From Vicugna vicugna (Eukaryota): a stretch of 64,000 bases of DNA. The stretch covers positions 434,001 to 498,000 of the forward strand of contig MU057701.1 in NCBI GenBank assembly GCA_013265495.1. The letters are read 5' to 3'. Both the position numbers and the translations under genes were made by a program. This document shows, piece after piece, positions 36,975 through 49,922 of this stretch. Position 1 is the first letter of the stretch; every line of letters starts with the position of its first letter. The notes beneath the pieces are model-generated. The model saw only the letters and a program-made list of their open reading frames with translations. It made no database searches and was not told the origin of the DNA.

Positions 36975-37108
36975 TGGGGACGGGTACAGCTCAGTGGCAG
37001 AGTGCATGCTTAGCATGCACAAGGCCCTGGTTCAATTCCCCGTACCGCCATTAAGATAAATAGGTAAATAAACATAATTGCCTCCCCCTACAAGAAAATA
37101 AAAAAAAT
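36975..37108 (+). mobile_element. Vic-1-like SINE inserted in an antisense L1
   Basis: tRNA-like head and tail. TSD aaag(c/t)atacaattc at 36961-36974 and 37109-37122. Confidence 0.9.
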
Positions 37109-38028
37109 AAAGTATACAATTCAATGGTTTTTAGTACATTTACAGAGTTGTGCAACCATCACCACTGTCTAATTTTAGAACATTTCATCACAGCAGAAAA
37201 GAAACCTTGCACCCATTTAAAGTCCCTCCCCACCCTTCCCCTAATCCCTGGCAACCACTGAACAATTTTTTGTCTCTATAGATTGCCTTTTATGGACACT
37301 TTATATAAATGGAAACATGTGACATGTGGTCTTTTATGACTGGCTTCTTCAGCCTCCAGTTTCTGAGGTTCATCCATGTTGTAGCAAATATCAGTACTTC
37401 ATTCGCTTGTATTATGATTGGTATTACGCTGTGTGGATGTAACACATTTCATTTATCTGTTCACCAGTTGATAGGTAGTTGGGTTGTTTCCACTTTTTGA
37501 CTATGGTGAGCAACGCAGCTACAAACATTCTGTGCAAGTCTTTGTATGGACTTTTTGTTTTTTTCCTAAGAGTGGAATTGCTGTGTCATGTGGGAACATT
37601 TTGAGAAGTCGCCAAGCTGTTTTTCACAGTGATTGCACCATCTTACATTCCCACCAGCCATGAACGAGGGCTTCACTTTCTGTACATCCTCCTCAACACT
37701 AGTTAGCGTCTTTTCTACTCTAGCCGTCCTGATAGGTATCATGTGGCATCTCACTTTGGTTTTAGTTCACATTCCCCCAAGGACAAAGGAGGTTGAATAT
37801 CTTTTCATGTGCTTACTGACAATGTCTGTATCTTCTTTGAGAAATGTTTTTCCAAATCCTTTGCCCATTTGAAAATATAAATTGTTTTCTTCTTATTAAT
37901 TTGCAAGAGTGTTTTCTTTATATAGTTTGGTTACAAGTCCCTTATCACCTACAGAATATGCTGGTTTTTCCCATTCTGTGAGTTATCTTCACTTTCCCCA
38001 TGATGTCATTTGAAGTGTAAGAGTTTTT

Positions 38029-38338
38029 TTTTGTTTTGTTTTGTTTTTTTAAACACTTTTTATTGATTTACAATCATTTTACAATGTTGTGTCAAATTTC
38101 AGTGTGGAGCACAATTTTTCAGTTATACATGAACATATATATATATAATTCATTGTTACATTTTTTTCTCAGTGATTACCGTAAGATCTTGTATGTATTT
38201 CCCCATGCTATACAGTATAATCTTGTTTATCTATTCTACATTTTGAAATCTCAGTCTATCCCTTCCCATCCCCCAACCCCTTGGCAACCACAAGTTTGCA
38301 TTCTATGCTTATGAGTCTGTTTCTGTTTTGTATTTATG
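38029..38338 (-). mobile_element. Young lineage-specific L1 3' end
   Basis: Poly(T) head, ttttacaatgttgtgtcaaatttcagtgt, and TSD aagagttttt (38019-38028, 38339-38348). Confidence 0.85.
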
Positions 38339-38943
38339 AAGAGTTTTTAATTTTGATAAAATCCAATTTACAAATTCTTCTTTTTATTATTTGCGCTTTT
38401 GGTGTCATATCTAAGGAATCATTGCCTAACCCTAGATTATAAAGATGTATGCCTGTTTTCTTCTTAGAGTTTTATCATTTTAGCTCTCACATTTAAATCT
38501 GTGATCCATTTTGAGTTAATTTCTGTGGATGGTATAAGATATGAATTCAACTTAATTCTTTTACATGTAGATATTCAGTTGTCCCAGGACCATTTGTTGA
38601 AAAGACTGTGTTTTTCCCCATTGACTTACCTTGGCATCTGAATTTTACAATAGCTCTGAAAGCCAGATCCAGTGAAAGAGTCTGAGAATTAGGAAAAAGT
38701 GGTTATTTTCAGGTATGTTGTGGCTGCTGATACTTGAACTTGTCCTGCAGCCCTCTCAGACAGTACGCCTACATCTTGCAAAAAGGTTAACAGCCTTCTA
38801 TCTCCTGAGGTAGTAAAACGAATTTCTGGTTTTTTAGAATGCCAAGGACATTTCAGTTTTATTGGCATTGTGCATGGTAGGTTTCCAGTTCCATCAACAC
38901 CTAGTGGTGGTCATAGCAATGGAATCTAAGTCTATGCTTTTGT

Positions 38944-39078
38944 GGGGAGGGTATAGCTCAGTGGTAGAGCACATGCCTAGCACGTACAAGGTCCTGGATT
39001 CAATCCCCCGTGCCTCCATTAAATAAATAAACAAATAAACCTAATTACTTACACCCACTCCCCCCACAAAAAACCCCA
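38944..39078 (+). mobile_element. Vic-1-like SINE
   Basis: GGGGAGGGTATAGCTCAGTGGTAGAGC head. Degenerate TSD ctaagtctatgcttttg / ctaagtattatacttttg. Confidence 0.9.
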
Positions 39079-42000
39079 AACTAAGTATTATACTTTTGGA
39101 AAGGATGTCTACACTGCTTGTGGTATTTAAGTCAGTAACACCATCCACTGTACCAGTCTGCCTTACAGTGTCTCATTCATGGTGACTCTGTCCACAGGTG
39201 AGAGAATATTCTTATTTCTTTATGTCTTCTAGTGTCATCAAGCCCAAGCATTTACATATGGAAATTGAAAATTTTATTCCTATTCTTTTATGACAAATTC
39301 CTTTCTGTTTACTTCTCCTTTATATGGGGGCTTTATATTGTGGGGTTTGGTTTTGTTTCTGGAACTATGTGTGTCGTGTCAGTAGGTTATCTCATGTGTG
39401 AATCTTTTTCCAACAGAACATAGAAAATGTTACAAAACATTTAGGTAAAAAGAGAGAGCTGAGTCTAATCCAATTGAAAACAACCAAGCCAGGGAAGGAT
39501 ATGGTCTCCAGCTACCCTCCCCTTCCCACTCCAGGTGGCGTTGGATCCGTTCTTAAGCTCTTCAAGAAAGAGTTGCTTACACAGTAATTAGTGTTCAGTG
39601 TGTACCAGAGAGTTATCCAGACCAGGCAGAGGGTACTTCTTTTGTCCAAGATCCCCTGCAGGCATCAGCAACCCCCGCTTCATGCATTATTAGCAACAAA
39701 GAGCACCCACCCAAGAGTGAACCCACACCAGTGACACCTGCCCAATTACTGGCTCCACAAAGAACAGCTAGAGACACTGTGTGAACTAAAAAGGCCGGAG
39801 CCTGCTGGGGAGTCGGGGGAGAGGGAAGCTCCCCGAATGCAAGTAGACTTTGCCCTCCCCTTTCCACTGGGAAGTATCCCATAGTATTATGCGCCCTTTC
39901 TCTTTGGCAGCCATCCTGGTTTTCCAAGTGCCGCAGCAGGTCCTAGTTTCCACAGACCTCACACTGGTTCTCAACGTTTCTATCCATTCCACTCCATAAA
40001 TGTTCTTACCTGTGTAGATTTTCCTCTGAACTCATTCTCCCAGTCTCATCTTCCTGCCAGTTCAGGACTGCCAACCTACTCCTTCAAATCCCGATTTCAA
40101 ACTTGACGTTTCAAGTTCACACTTGCTTCCTAGTTTGTCCCTTCCCAAGTCTCAACACCAGTTTCCACTCTGCACCATGACCCAGAACCCAGGCCTGACC
40201 CACCCTTGCTCAGAACCCAATTTCACTCTTGTTCCATTGCCTCATAACTGCTGACCAAGCACAACCTCTCTCGAGCCCAGCCCTGACTGAGCTCCTGGCC
40301 TGGGCTGGAATCCAAGGCTGGATTTGCCAGGGAGAGAAGGCTGGACAGACTCTCTGACTTTGCCTTTGCAGAAACCAGAGCCACCTACCCTGACTTCATC
40401 TGTCTCATAGTTGCCATTACTCTGCTCCCGGAGGTGAGGATGTGCGTTCTCAACATCACATCTCTTTTTCACCTTTGAAAAGAAATTAAGAGCATCCGGT
40501 GTCCAATGTCTACCCTCAAGAGGAGCAGGCCTATTGGGGAAGCTGAAATCAGCCATGTGGGTAGGTTCAACCATTCACCCTACAAAAAAAGTTCTCTTTG
40601 CCATTTCTCTTAGGAAACTTCTTGGGTTTGTTTTAAACCAACTATTATTTGTGGTACCTGCTAGAGAATACAAGGTCATAGCCAAGATGCATCCACATTA
40701 CCACTTCTTCAATACACCTCCTTTCCACGAACACCTAGCCACTTGCTACATGTGAAATATATTAAATCTATTAGCATTCTGAATATAATTCATTTTTTCT
40801 TCTTTTGATAATTTAGAGACAACATCTGGACTGTTCTGTGATGTGGCAGAAAGAGAATTCTGTTTCTGCACGTCTCTCCTTTCTCTCTGTCCAGGCAGCC
40901 CTTGCCCGTAGCCCCGCCCCACTTCTAGGACCCTTCCCCCACTCTCTCTGCCATCCATCACCCTTCCTCACAGAAAGGATCAAGCCTCTTCTCCTCCTCT
41001 GTGTCTTGCAAATTTCACAAGCCTCTGGTGTCAAAAGGATGTTGATTGTTTTTCTCCTCTACCAGGTTCCTGAGGCTTCTGCAGAGCAGCCCTTGGGCTC
41101 CAGGAACTCAGTACTTCCCAGCTTTCCCAGGGAGAAGGGAAGCGTGAGCTCTGATTTCAAAGATGGGGGGAGGTTCCATTTGGAGCTGCAGCTGGTTTCT
41201 CCTAGCGTACTTAAAATCAAACGTCTTTTGCCTTGGCCAGGATTAATTTTCTTCCAAAGCCCTGTCCTGTCTGGACAACATAGGACATTTGCATTCCTTC
41301 TATTAGCACAGCTTTGACCGGTTCCCATAAGCTAATCCGTTAAGCCCCGGGCTTCAGAACATGCACATTCTCCTTGCCCACCGGTACATGACAAAGCACC
41401 CTACCTTGGCTGACAATGATGGCCGGCAGACCAGAATTGCAAGGAAGTTTCTCCCTCCACCACAGGCTTGGCACCTTGGGGATGGGGGCAGGATAAAAAA
41501 GTTCAGTGCATCCAGTCTCATTACAACTACAATCATTATCTGTGTCTCTGTGCTCTACCCCGCAGGCTGGGGGAGCCTGTGGAAGGAACGTTTGCAAATT
41601 CTTTAAAAACTGAGTCAGCAGATGTCCGACCTAAATAGTAAATCTCTCATAAATAGAACTTCGGTTACGAAACAACATCAATAACAACAACAAATCTCTA
41701 TTTTATTTTCAGGCTAGATTTTATTATCTAGATTAAGCCAGACAACCAAGTTTACCGTACAGAACTTACGGTGTGTTGCTGTTGGAATACAGACACAGCA
41801 TAAACACCCCAACAGTCCCACGTCCGGGTCGTCATTTTCAAAATTGTAATTCCCATCATGAAAGCCCATGACTTCCCTTCTGAGGGTTTTTTGTAAAATT
41901 AAGCAAGGTACCTTCTAACCGAGATATTTAGATACAGGGCCATTTTGACTAAAGGAAATCATGTGACACTATATCTAAAAACCAACTTTTCAAGGCCATG

Positions 42001-42632
42001 AAATTTTTCTATTTGAGAATTTCTGGAGCTTATGACACTTGATCAATTCTATTTTTGTGTCAAGGATCAACTAACCAGTGTCCAGGATTTAGAAGATTAT
42101 CAATAAGCATTCAATGGAACTTTAAAAAAAAATCATTGGTGAGAAATGATAAAACAAGGAGCAAGCAAAATTGAGACCCATATGGCTTGGGTTTTTGTTT
42201 GGGTATTTTTTTAGGAGTCCAGTCCCAGTCAACAAAGAGCACATAGGAATACTGTCTTTAGGGGTCACCTGCTTTTCTGCCTTTTGTCTAAGGAAAGGTA
42301 CAGCCCAAGTCTGAGATGCAAGGAACTGCCAACCAACCCAGACTTTCCAGGTAGAAAACCTGGTACTTGTGCCATAATTACGAAATGCCTTACCTATGAT
42401 TCCTGCAAATCCTACATCAGTAATGTCTATGTGATTCCAGATTCAGGAATTTACATATTTCAGTTGAAATGTCTTTCTTGACTACAGACTGACATATTAT
42501 GGGAATACTTGCTTCTTTCTACCTGAGTTGCAGCAAATGTTCTGACAGTTTCATGCAATTCGTCAAATAAATTCCACTTTAGATGTTATAGTAGTCCTTT
42601 CCTGCTCCCCTTCCATCAATCAGATAACCTTT

Positions 42633-43256
42633 AAAAAAAAATTTGAGGTTTTGATAACTCACAGAGAAAAAAATGTGACAATGAGTGTGTATATGTCCAT
42701 GTATGACTGAAAAATTGTACTGAACACTGGAATTTGACACAACACTGTAAAATGATTATGAATCAATAAAAATGTAAAAAAAAATTTGAGGTATAGTTGA
42801 TGGGTAATATTAAATGTTTCAGATATACAACATAGTGATTCACAATTTTTAAAGGTTGTATTCCATTTATAGTTATTATAAAATATTGGCTGTATTCCCC
42901 ATGTTGTACAATATATCCTTGTAGCTTACTTATTTTATACATAGCAGTTTGCATCTCTTCATCTTCTACCCCTACCTTGCCCCTCCCCTCCTCTCTCTTC
43001 TGAGTCTTTTTCTTTTTTGTTATATTCACTAGATTTTTATTTTTTAAATTCTGCATGTAAGTGATATCATATAGTATTTGTCTTTCTCCATGTGACTTAT
43101 TTCACTAAGCATAATACCCTCCAAATCCACCCATGTTTTTGCAAATGACAAAATTTCATTCTTTTTTATGGCTGAGTAGTATTCCTTTGTATAGTTATAC
43201 CACATCTTCTTTATCCATTCATCTGTTAGGCTGCTTCCATATCTTGGCTTTTGTAA
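42633..43256 (-). mobile_element. L1 3' end (antisense) containing a nested sense L1 tail
   Basis: gtttcagatatacaacatagtgattcac...atggctgagtagtattcc, with degenerate TSD aatcagataaccttt / aatcaaactaccttt. Confidence 0.85.
42650..42775 (+). mobile_element. Short young L1 3' tail
   Basis: Same family as 38029-38338 (tgtgacaatga...ctggaatttgacacaacactgtaaaatgatta). TSD A-run plus tttgaggt on both sides. Confidence 0.85.
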
Positions 43257-43579
43257 ATCAAACTACCTTTTGATTAAAAGCCCAGTGAAGAAATTAAAAT
43301 ACTTCATGAAAAGTCCAAATGCTTAAGTTGCTGACTTTATGGCTTAAGTTTTAAGGAAGTGAAAATTATAGATTCCAAATTTGGATCAAGTTTTCATCCA
43401 GCAGAAAATCTGGACCTCATTCTTGCTATTGATTGAAATTTATCAGAAAGTACCCAGGACCCAGGTCAACCTCAGACCCAGATGTAATGACTTTTCTAAG
43501 CTAAAGCAGTGATCCTAACCTTCTCCCCACCTTTCTCCGCACGTGTCACCGACAGCATTCTCATGCTCCCACCCTGGCC

Positions 43580-44048
43580 AGCTGGCTGCTTCTGTACCAG
43601 GCCATGCTCTCCCAACCTTCCAGCCCCACAGCACCCTCCCCCACCACCTTTCCTGCTGCAGGGCCCCCTTCCATAGAAGCTGAAAATCCAAGACTCATCT
43701 CTCAGACTCCTGAAGGCTGGAGAGTGGGCATGTGGCCTTATCCTGGCCAACAGGATCTGAAAGAAAGTTTTTAGGAAAGATTTTCCAGTACTGCAAAGAC
43801 TCGTGGGAGGAAATGCCTTTCTTGGCTAGGTATGTGCGTGTCTGCAATGCCTATAACTGTTCAAACGTCTGTCTTTGACTGTGACAAAGGGATGCTGCTG
43901 ACTAGTTGAGAGGGGGGCCAAATGGAAAGTTGGAAAGCACCTGTATTCTCAGTGTCATGGCTGAACCACTGCCTCCACCCCAGTGTCCACCGCTCTGACT
44001 GTGCACCTCCGATTACGTGCGGTAACAAATATCCTTATGGGTTAAAGC
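43580..44048 (+). mobile_element. MaLR (MLT1-like) LTR fragment
   Basis: gggcatgtggcctta..tggccaa and aaatatccttatgggttaaagc|catt terminal motifs. Confidence 0.55.
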
Positions 44049-44560
44049 TAGTGGTTCTCAAACTTCTGGTTTCAGGGCCCCTTTAAGCATTTAAAAATGA
44101 CTGAGGGCCCAAAAAAGCTTTTGTTAACGTGTCTATGACTCAATATTTACCATGTTAGAAACTGAGGCAGAGAAAAAGTTTAAATATTTATGTATTTCTT
44201 TATTTTCTAATGAAGATAATAAAACCATTTCTTGTTCATATAAACAACATGGACTTATGAAGAAAATAGTGGTATTTTCCAAAAGAAAAAGAATTAGTAA
44301 GAAGAGTGGCTGTTCTACCTCTTTGCAAATCTCTTGAATGTCTGAGTGAACAGGAGATGGCTGGCTTCTAGTAACAATTGATCTTGCACTTGATCTGTTG
44401 TGATCTCACACATCGCATCCACTAGAACACCTCCACTTCACACTTTGAGAGAAGGCAGGCGGTCTTGGTGTCATTATGAAAATGCTTTAACCTCATGGAT
44501 GCCTTAAAAGGGTCTTGGGAGTCCCCAGGGGTTCCCCAGACCTCACTTTGAGAAAGGGTG
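44049..44560 (+). mobile_element. hAT-Charlie non-autonomous DNA transposon (MER113-like)
   Basis: TIR-like tagtggttctcaaactt ... actttgagaaagggtg, and a degenerate 8-bp TSD gttaaagc / gtctaagc. Confidence 0.7.
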
Positions 44561-44989
44561 GTCTAAGCCATTCTTGATGGGATAGTCTACTACCTGGAGC
44601 AAAAATCCTGTAATTACTAGACCTCCTCAGGACTGGTGCATCTTCTCCTTCCCTGCCTCCCCTACTACCCACCTCATACTCCTCCCCCAGATTTTTTGCA
44701 TAATTCCCTCTCTCTTCGCTAAAGTCTCCATCAAAACTTTCATATCCTCGGAGAAACCATCTTGGTAACTGTCTCCTTACATAGCATTTATTGCTAGATT
44801 ATGCTTTTTTTTTAAACATTTTATTGTTTAAGAACATAAGCTTCACACAGATAGGTGTTTTGTTCTATTCACTGGCATGGGCACTCAGTAAATATTTGTT
44901 AAATGAATAAATGGATGAATCAATGTGAATGATGATACAAGGCTAACCTAGAAACTCTCTGATTTATATGAAAAATGAATCGTTTTTCA

Positions 44990-45205
44990 GGAAGTAGAGT
45001 AATGGTTGCCAAAGGCCAGGGGAAGGGGGAAAACGGGAGTTTTTATTTGATGGATACAGAGTTTCAGTTCGGGAAAATGAAAAAGCTCTAGAGATGGATG
45101 GATGGGTGGTGAGAGTCGTACCACAATGTGAATGTACTTAACGCCACAAAACTGCACACATAAAAATGGTTAAAATGGTAAAATTTTTTATGACAATAAA
45201 AAAAT
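44990..45205 (+). mobile_element. L1MB-like 3' UTR fragment
   Basis: gagtaatggttgcca...gatacagagtttcagtt...aatgtgaatgtacttaacgccac. Confidence 0.8.
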
Positions 45206-45502
45206 AAGTTATTTGCAGACTTTGGTACCTGATGACAAGGAATAAAATGACCTACAAGATAGCTCACACCTGAGGAAGCAGCTATTCCTCTGCTAGAACA
45301 TTGATTATTTTCATCATCAACAAAGCACTGGTCCAGCTGTTGGCTGGATTCATTTGCAAAAATTTTCATTCGCAGTCGCTTACTCTTGATAACTGAGTCA
45401 GCTGGGGAGGGCTCAGTCACCTGCGTGCATTAAAGCAGGGGAAAGTTGTGCTCGGAGCTGTTTCATACTATAACTCGAGTAAAATCGCAGGCTGGGACTC
45501 AC

Positions 45503-45505
<3 letters not shown>

Positions 45506-45537
<32 letters not shown>
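45506..45537. repeat. (CA)n microsatellite
   Basis: Perfect AC dinucleotide run. Confidence 0.95.
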
Positions 45538-45540
<3 letters not shown>

Positions 45541-46146
45541 GTATCAGGAAACAGCCCGTCCATTTTGGCTGCAGAGGCAGGGATTTTGGTTTCCTTGGCT
45601 TCTGAGCCGTCTTGGAGCTGAGCCATCAAGGGAAACTGAGCAAGTACACCGGTCCGTCGAACTTGGGCTGCGTCCATCATGGACACAAAAAACAGACTCT
45701 CCAGCCGCTGGCCCAACGGGAGCAGACAAAAGCATCGTTGATGTTGAAACTGTGGAAAGCTTCAGAAGCAGGCAAAGAGCTGACTGACCCTGGAAGGGAG
45801 CACCAGGCTGGGGTAGGATCAGTCTCTGCCCGGTCCCGACGGCTGACACCCTGTGTGTTCCTGGCGAGGGAAAGAGAGGCAGCCTGGCCCCGCAGGCTCT
45901 GTCTGGTAGGTGTCCTTAATGTCCGAGGAGTCCTTTCAAAAGGACAACACCCACGGAAAAAATTCTCATGGTAGACTGTTAAGTGGAAAATTCTAAATAA
46001 AGGGATTATATATACATGTAGATTATATATGTAATATACATATGTGTGTGTACATAATACATGTGTGTATGTGTGTATATATATATAAAATATAATAAAT
46101 ATATATCTCAAAAGTTTTTTAAAGAATGCATTGAAAAACAAGACCT

Positions 46147-46313
46147 GGGAGGGAGGGTATAGCTCAGTGGTAGAGTGCATACTTAGCGTGCACCAGGTCT
46201 TGGGTTCAAACCCTAGTACCTCCATTAAAATAAATAAGTAAGTAAATAAACCTAATTACCTCCCCCTAAAACAAAGATAAATAAATAAAATAAAAATATA
46301 TGTGTGAAAAAAA
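46147..46313 (+). mobile_element. Vic-1-like SINE
   Basis: Full head and tail. TSD gaaaaacaagacc at 46133-46145 and 46314-46326. Confidence 0.92.
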
Positions 46314-47543
46314 GAAAAACAAGACCAGGATGAATTATATTGCAATATTATCAGTGAGTCTCCGGTTGGTTGGATAACAGGTAATTATTGATCTCTCATT
46401 CACATTTTTTCTGTACTTTAAAATTTTCCAGCAACGAGAATGTGTTACTCGATAGCCGTAAACACATTTTAAACTCCACCAACCCAGTAGCCCCTCAGCA
46501 TGGGGGAAGGTGTGGGCTGCGGAAAAATGGGTGGGGAACCCTGTTGGAAATATTTGGCAGTGACAATGAGTTTGCTGCTGAGGGGAGGAGGGGAGACGGC
46601 TGGAGGGCCAGAGGCAGAGTACACCCCTGCTCTGTTGACGCTGCTCTGGTTTCCCTGATCGTGGGCCTACGTGGCAAGAAACACAGGAGCAGATGTCTTT
46701 TTTCTCCGGGGAAAATATAGTCTTAACTCCCAGAGCAGAGTTCACGTCTCCCTCCCCACCCAGCGCCCTGCCCCACACCCCTCACCTGGCATTCCAGGAA
46801 AGCTTTCCACAAAGGCTTTCCCAGATGCATAGCTCTCAGATCTCCACCTTTCACACTTCGGAGAGTGTGACCCAAGTTGGGGGTGGGGGTTGGGTGGGGA
46901 GGGGACCAGTTGTTTTCTGCTTCGATTTCAACCATCCTTCCTGCCTTCTCAGCCATGTTGGGACCATGTTGCTCACACCAGCCGCCACTGTGGAAAATGA
47001 CATAGACAGTTTGTCCTTTGGAAACATCTGGCATGTTCCTTGGAAGGAAAAACTGAGCTCATCCCAAGAAATAGGAGAGAGCTGGGGATGGCACAAGTAA
47101 TCTCTGGATTCCACAGAAATCCATTTTTGGGCTTTTCAGGGTTTTTCTTAAACTATCGTTAGATTTTTTTGTAGCCCCTCGTTGCCCAAAGAATGAATTT
47201 TCTTCGTATAAACCCTGTGGGGAAGCTATTGCACAGCCACCTCAGAACAGCAGAATCACGGCCTCTTCATAACTTAGTTGAAGTTGCTCCCTTGGAATTC
47301 TCATCTTATGGCCGGTTGGGCAGGAGGGAGCCTTAGAACGTGGCACTGAGAATGTTCCAGTTGCTTTGGGGGATGGTCTAGTAGTTACAAATACCGTGGG
47401 GGAGGTACAGGTCAGGCTGAAGCTGAGTGAATCCTAGAAGCTGGCTCCAGCCTTAGAGAAGTATGTGGCGGGGAGAAAGAGCTAGAAAGTTTCGCCGCTG
47501 CTGCAGCTGCGACTCACTACCTCCAGGTGTAACTCAGACTCAC

Positions 47544-48047
47544 CGTCAGGCTGCGCCCTGCAGGCCTGCAAGCCCTGCATTTGCCCAGCCTCAAGAAAAG
47601 AGCCCAGAGTCAGCGACAGAGACACCAGTGGTTTAATGGATGGGGGAATCTCACACATCCAAAGAAAAGGATCCTGGATCGACACTCCACCACGGATGGC
47701 AGGCAGGACGTGGCAGCAGCCTTCGTTACTGGTGGGACAGGGAGGTGAGCAGTTATAGAGGGAATCGATGGCAGGTTGACTCATCGGTTACCAGGGAAAC
47801 CAGCACAGGAGCACACCCCTCACTGCCCCTTTGAGAAACTGTCATAGTGGTGATAGTTCTGATCTAAAGGTTAGCACCATCGCTAGCTGGGGCGGAGGGC
47901 AAGTATGTAGGCATTTACTGTTTAGGCTCTCTGGTTAAGAGGGAAGGTCAATCAGGTGGGTAGGGTGTAGGTGAGGCAGGGACTGGTCGGGCTGCGGATG
48001 TACAGAGAGCAAGAGGGCAGCCATCTTGAGTGGCCTGCCCTCTCACA
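47544..48047 (-). mobile_element. Solo ERV LTR (probably ERV1-class)
   Basis: The minus strand starts TGTGAGAGGG and contains CAAGATGGC, a TATA-like CTATAAC (~47752-47758) and ATTAAA (47632-47637), ending cagcctgac(g). Short CAC-containing flanking repeats. Confidence 0.65.
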
Positions 48048-48678
48048 CACCACAGCATCACAGCACAGGGGAAGGGGCGGCCTCTTTAGACCATCATTTG
48101 GAGGCTGCCGCTTGCTACGATCTCTTGAGGGATAGCTCCAGAGGTGGGAATAGAGGAAAGAGGACAGGAGGAGGGTTTCAGTAAGTGTCAAGGAAGGTCC
48201 TGGTTCTCCCACTGTGAAGTCAGGGCCCTTTCACGCTCCTCCTGGGCTTCGAGTGAGTCCCCTTGGCCCGATGGCCCCTGAGTATGTTTTTCACTCTCCA
48301 TCCTCCGACGGACACACAAAGGGCTTCAATACAAGAAGGTAAGCTAAGAAGAACATCGGATTCCCCACCCAAGGGACCATGTGGTCACTGTAGGTGGCGC
48401 CTTCTTGTGTCATGTCATGTGTCTCTGCAGGGCCTGCCTCTTGCCCCAGTGCGGGAGGGACAGCCCAGCTCTGCCCACCAACAGCCGGGCACCGACCACG
48501 CAAAGCTGGACACAGTTCACACCATCCCTCCTCACACCACCAGCACCTTCACAGTTTTCCCTGGTTCCCTACCAGCCACTAGAAGATGGTCACCCTTGTC
48601 CTCATGGGAGTTCCCCACCCTGGCCTCCCCTCCTTGCCTCTGTCATCTCAATAGGAGGATGTGAACTCTCTGGTTTCC

Positions 48679-49452
48679 TTTTATTTTTTTATTGAAATAT
48701 AGTCGATTTACAGTGTTGTGTTAATTTCCGGTGTACAGCATGCTGATTCATTTATACATATATATATATATTCCTTTTCATGTTCTTTTTCATTATAGGC
48801 CATTAAAAGGTGTTGAACATAGTTCCCTGTGCTATACAGTGGGACAATGTTGTTTATCAATTTTGTATATAGTAGTTTGTATTTACAAATCCTGAACTCC
48901 CAATTTATCCCTCCCCACCCCCATTCCCCATCTTCCCCTGGTAACCATAAGTTTGTTTTCTATGCCTGTGAGTCTGTCTCTGTTTTGCAAATAAGTTCAT
49001 TTGTGTTCCTTTTTTTTTTTTTAGATTCCACATATAAGTGATATCATACAGTATTTTTCTTTCCTAGTCTGACTTACTTCACTTAGTATGATCATCTCTA
49101 GGCCCATCCACGATGCTGCAAATGGTATTATTTCATCCTTTCTTATGGCTGAGTAGTAGTCCACTGTGTATATATATATACCACATTTTCTTTATCCATT
49201 CATCTATCGATGGACACTCAGATTGTTTCCATGTCTTGGCTGTTGTAAATACTGCTGCTATGAACATTGGGGTGCATGTATCTTTTTAAATTAAGGTTCC
49301 CTCTGGATATATGCCTAGGAGTGGGATTGCTGGATCATAGGGTAAGTCAATTTTTAGTTTTTTAAGGAATTTTCATATTGTTCTCCATAGTGGCTGCACC
49401 AATGTACATTCCCACCAACAGTGTGGGAGGGTCCCCTTTTCTCCACACCCTC
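48679..49452 (-). mobile_element. L1 3' end (antisense), relatively young
   Basis: tatagtcgatttacagtgttgtgttaatttc...atggctgagtagtagtcc...cattcccaccaacagtgt. Confidence 0.9.
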
Positions 49453-49507
49453 AGACTTTTACGTTGTCCTTGACATTGAAGAGAACTGAACCCAGTGAGT
49501 CACAGCC

Positions 49508-49851
49508 AACTATAGGCTGAATTGTGTCCCCAAAATCCATACGAGGAAGGCCTAACTCCCAGAACTTCAGAGTGTAACAGTATTTGGAGATAAGTGCTTT
49601 AAAGAAATGATTAGGTTAAAATGAGGCCCTTAGGGTGGGGTCCTGATCCTTAAAAGAAGAGGGAGGGACTCCCACGGTGACCACAGAGGCATGACCACGT
49701 GAAGAGGCCCCAAGAGGCCTCAGAGGAAAGCAACCCTGCAGACAGCTTGATCTTCGACCTTTAGCCTCCAGAACTATGAGAACATAAACTTCTGTTGTTT
49801 GAGCCCCCTGGTCTGTGGCATTTCATTACTGCAGCCTGAGCAAACTAATAC
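49508..49851 (+). mobile_element. MaLR LTR (MLT1A/B-like)
   Basis: ggctgaattgtgtcccc...gtatttggagataag...tagcctccagaactatgaga...gcaaactaatac. Confidence 0.85.
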
Positions 49852-49884
49852 CAGGCCCAGTGGGCTCTGAACTTGGGTCTTGGG

Positions 49885-49885
<1 letters not shown>

Positions 49886-49920
<35 letters not shown>
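49886..49920. repeat. (CA)n microsatellite
   Basis: Perfect CA dinucleotide run. Confidence 0.95.

Positions 49921-49922
<2 letters not shown>

Larger units (their letters stand above)
36910..38640 (-). mobile_element. L1MB-like element (antisense) with nested SINE and young L1 tail
   Basis: aattcacataccataa...cctggcaaccact...cacatcttacattcccaccagc-type motifs...ccaggaccatttgttgaaaagact. Confidence 0.85.

Noticed and set aside
38944..39020. tRNA-Ala-like genes (this copy and the other GGGGAGGGTATAGCTCAG copies)
   Set aside because: They have mismatched stems, SINE tails, poly(A) and TSDs, so they are SINE heads rather than tRNA genes.
45677..46225. 182-aa minus-strand ORF
   Set aside because: Begins in an antisense SINE and crosses a TA/TG low-complexity tract, with no protein-like features.
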